64,000 nucleotides of DNA from Fistulifera solaris. Lineage: Eukaryota. Below, piece after piece: positions 61,724 through 64,000 of this stretch; the first letter of the stretch is position 1; every line of letters begins with the position of its first letter. Below the pieces are notes generated by a model. It saw only the letters and a list, made by a program, of their open reading frames with translations, had not been told where the DNA came from and ran no database searches. Made by a program: the position numbers and the translations under genes. The DNA is taken from positions 310,001 through 374,000 of the forward strand of contig AP026157.1 of assembly GCA_030295235.1 (NCBI GenBank), in the 5' to 3' direction.

Positions 61724-62276
61724 CGAACTTATGTACTGGTTTGTAGCATAGACAATAGCCCATGGCTCATAGCGATAAATATCTTACATTTTCTTACATT
61801 TTTGTCCGTAAAATTAAGCTATTAGAACTGTACTCGGTACAGGTACTGGTATTCTCAAGTCTGAAGAAAAAGCGAAAGCCGAACGGGTTCTCTACCAGGT
61901 ACGGAGTAATTTTTATGATACTAGCACAGTAACTCTTATTGAGACTAGAGATCGACTTTCTCTCCAAGTCGCATTTTGAACTTCAAAGGTATAATAAGGT
62001 AAAAGGTTGCATGCATTTTTCGCGCGAGCATAATTAAACAGAATCATAGTGTCGAAGTCAACAAAGATCTCTAAAAAGATCCGATATCAGGGCAAGAAAA
62101 AGATCCTCTTACATTTTCAAAACATCACCGAACCGCATATTTTCAATTAGCTCGACCAGGTAAACAGATTTACAAATAATATCGCTGTGAACATTTTCGT
62201 GGCTATCGAACTAACAAACTTCTTTCCCACTCGTTTCGTTCAGACAGTTCAGTGCTCTCTCTATTCGAATCCAATC

Positions 62277-62903
62277 ATGAAGTTTCTTATCTCGAAAATT
62301 GTCCTCGTGTTTTCCATCCTTACGACCGCTACGGCGACAATTGAGGTCGAAGCCGCCCCTGAACCAATGACATTTGCAGAAAAACTAGCGTTGATTGAAG
62401 GCGATGGTAACCGTCGGTCGATGCGAGAGCTTCAAGCATCTCTGACGTACAAGGGTAATATTTGCAGCACGGAGACGCAAATGATGATGTTCTGCAGCAC
62501 TCGAGACTCGGACTGCCGCTCCAGTGACTGGGACTACTGGCGATTGAATTTGCAAGCCGGCACGACCTACACCATCGAAGTGGACCGTGTTACGTGCTCC
62601 ATGGATCCTGCTCTCAGTTTGTTTCAGGGAGTCGGGACTACCTTGCCTGAGGATTGTTTCTATATAGAACAAAGCACGGAAACGCTAACTTTTGTTGCCG
62701 AATCGGACGACAATGATCCAGAACCCGCTTTTTGTCTTGAACAATCGTCGCCCTTTTCCGATCCCAAAATCACTGTCACTCCCGACACGACTGGGCCGTT
62801 CACTTTGGCTGTCATTAATTTCGCCTCAAACATCGAACTCTGCACTGGAGCTGTGGGTTATCAGTATAAGGTGATCATCAATCCATCTCCTTCGTGCAGT
62901 TAA
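62277..62903 (+). CDS. Family B small secreted protein
   Basis: MKFLISKIVLVFSIL...RRSMRELQASLTYKGNIC...WDYWRLNL.AGTTYTIEVDRVTCSMDPAL...SDDND...GPFTLAVINF...INPSPSCS. Confidence 0.88.
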   Translation: MKFLISKIVLVFSILTTATATIEVEAAPEPMTFAEKLALIEGDGNRRSMRELQASLTYKGNICSTETQMMMFCSTRDSDCRSSDWDYWRLNLQAGTTYTIEVDRVTCSMDPALSLFQGVGTTLPEDCFYIEQSTETLTFVAESDDNDPEPAFCLEQSSPFSDPKITVTPDTTGPFTLAVINFASNIELCTGAVGYQYKVIINPSPSCS

Positions 62904-63502
62904 TGAGCAGAGCGAACAGTGGCCGACAGTTAGTACTCTTTGCAATGCGATATTCGCTCCTTCCGGCAAGGTATGATTCCAACTTTTAAGATGCGATAAG
63001 ATCGAATACTTAACGATTTCACAAATAATCATCTTGTTCGCCTCGTATCGGAGGATTAGCACTGTTTCATTGTGATGAACGAGTGAATGTGGTTCGAAGA
63101 TGCGCGGTGTCTCAACATCCACAGAAACTCTGTTTGACTTTTATAGATTTGCAGAAAATCTGTACAGCGGCTGCTTCCGGCGCGGCTTCGACATTATTTC
63201 AGTCACGTTCTCGACTGAATGTTTCGTCGTCCGTTCGTCTACACGCCAAGCGAATAAAATAGGCCGTGTTTTTTTTCGCGTTTTTGGTTTTGATGATGAT
63301 GCGGTCACATCGCGCATTACTTGGCATAATAACAAGGATGAGCTTTTGCTGTCGTTCGAGTGAAGCAAATTGCGAAACAAGTCAAGCGCAACAAACGGAC
63401 GGGTAATGACAAAGAAGAGTTAACAATTACTTTAGAAACAATCAACTCGGCGAAAGGAGTTTTGTCATTCTATTTCTTTTCTCTTTCGAACATATTCTGA
63501 CA

Positions 63503-64000
63503 ATGACGAGTGAATCATCAACGACGGCGGAAGTTCCTTCACGTAACCGCCGTTCCGCTTTGTATTTCCTAATAACTGTATGTATATGGTCGTTCTTCTT
63601 TCTCGTACAAGAACGAGAGAGTTTGACCCTGTTAGCGTCGTCCTTACAAGGACGTTCTTCACTACAACAAGTTGAAACAAGCAGAAATTACATTCGTAAC
63701 ATTGACGAGAGCTATTACAGTCGCAACAGCACAAGGAACAATGAAACCATTCACATATTATTCGGTCTCAAAGGAAAAGACCCAGCGTTTCTGGCGGAAT
63801 TTCAAGTCGCACTCAAAAATGTGTTATTGCAAGCTCCGCTCGATCAACCCATGCACATTCATATAATGGCCGATGAAGAAGCGTATCAAGCTATTACAAT
63901 CAAATCAAAACAACCCACCGATCCACTGCGCATCTTTGTGCCGTCGTTGCATCAAAAGTGGATGTCTTTGCAACCTATACAACTCCATATCTACAATGTC
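63503..64000 (+). CDS. Type II membrane glycosyltransferase, GT8/LARGE-xylosyltransferase-like (partial)
   Basis: Hand translation MTSESSTT...RRSALYFLITVCIWSFFFLV...IHILFGL...EFQVALKNVLLQAP...MHIHIMAD, open to the window end. Confidence 0.6.
   Translation, partial: MTSESSTTAEVPSRNRRSALYFLITVCIWSFFFLVQERESLTLLASSLQGRSSLQQVETSRNYIRNIDESYYSRNSTRNNETIHILFGLKGKDPAFLAEFQVALKNVLLQAPLDQPMHIHIMADEEAYQAITIKSKQPTDPLRIFVPSLHQKWMSLQPIQLHIYNV

Overview
Eukaryotic nuclear DNA from a diatom, probably a raphid pennate. Evidence: an FCP/Lhcf gene with an AFAP plastid presequence, an aureochrome, CoDi-type Copia elements and short GT-AG introns. 1-23 kb holds the 5' end of one CoDi retrotransposon, then four tandem paralogs of a large Cys-rich, repeat-domain cell-surface protein. 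The second paralog is split by a complete 7.1-kb Copia element with non-canonical TA...TA LTR termini, a TTTTT target-site duplication and a primer-binding site matching the anticodon arm of tRNA-Asn, which suggests half-tRNA priming. 23-51 kb holds mostly housekeeping genes (EMC3, TPR, NAR1, HMG-box, probable complex I subunit, fibrillin, FCP, aureochrome, rhomboid). A bipartite motif recurs just upstream of several of them and is tandemly amplified at 25.4-26.4 kb. 49-63 kb is an interleaved cluster of two secreted RXL-proprotein families with a shared upstream AAAGATC motif. Many genes carry single-base frameshifts, mostly at homopolymers, which look like uncorrected long-read errors. All assignments come from manual reading and recalled family motifs; no database search was run.
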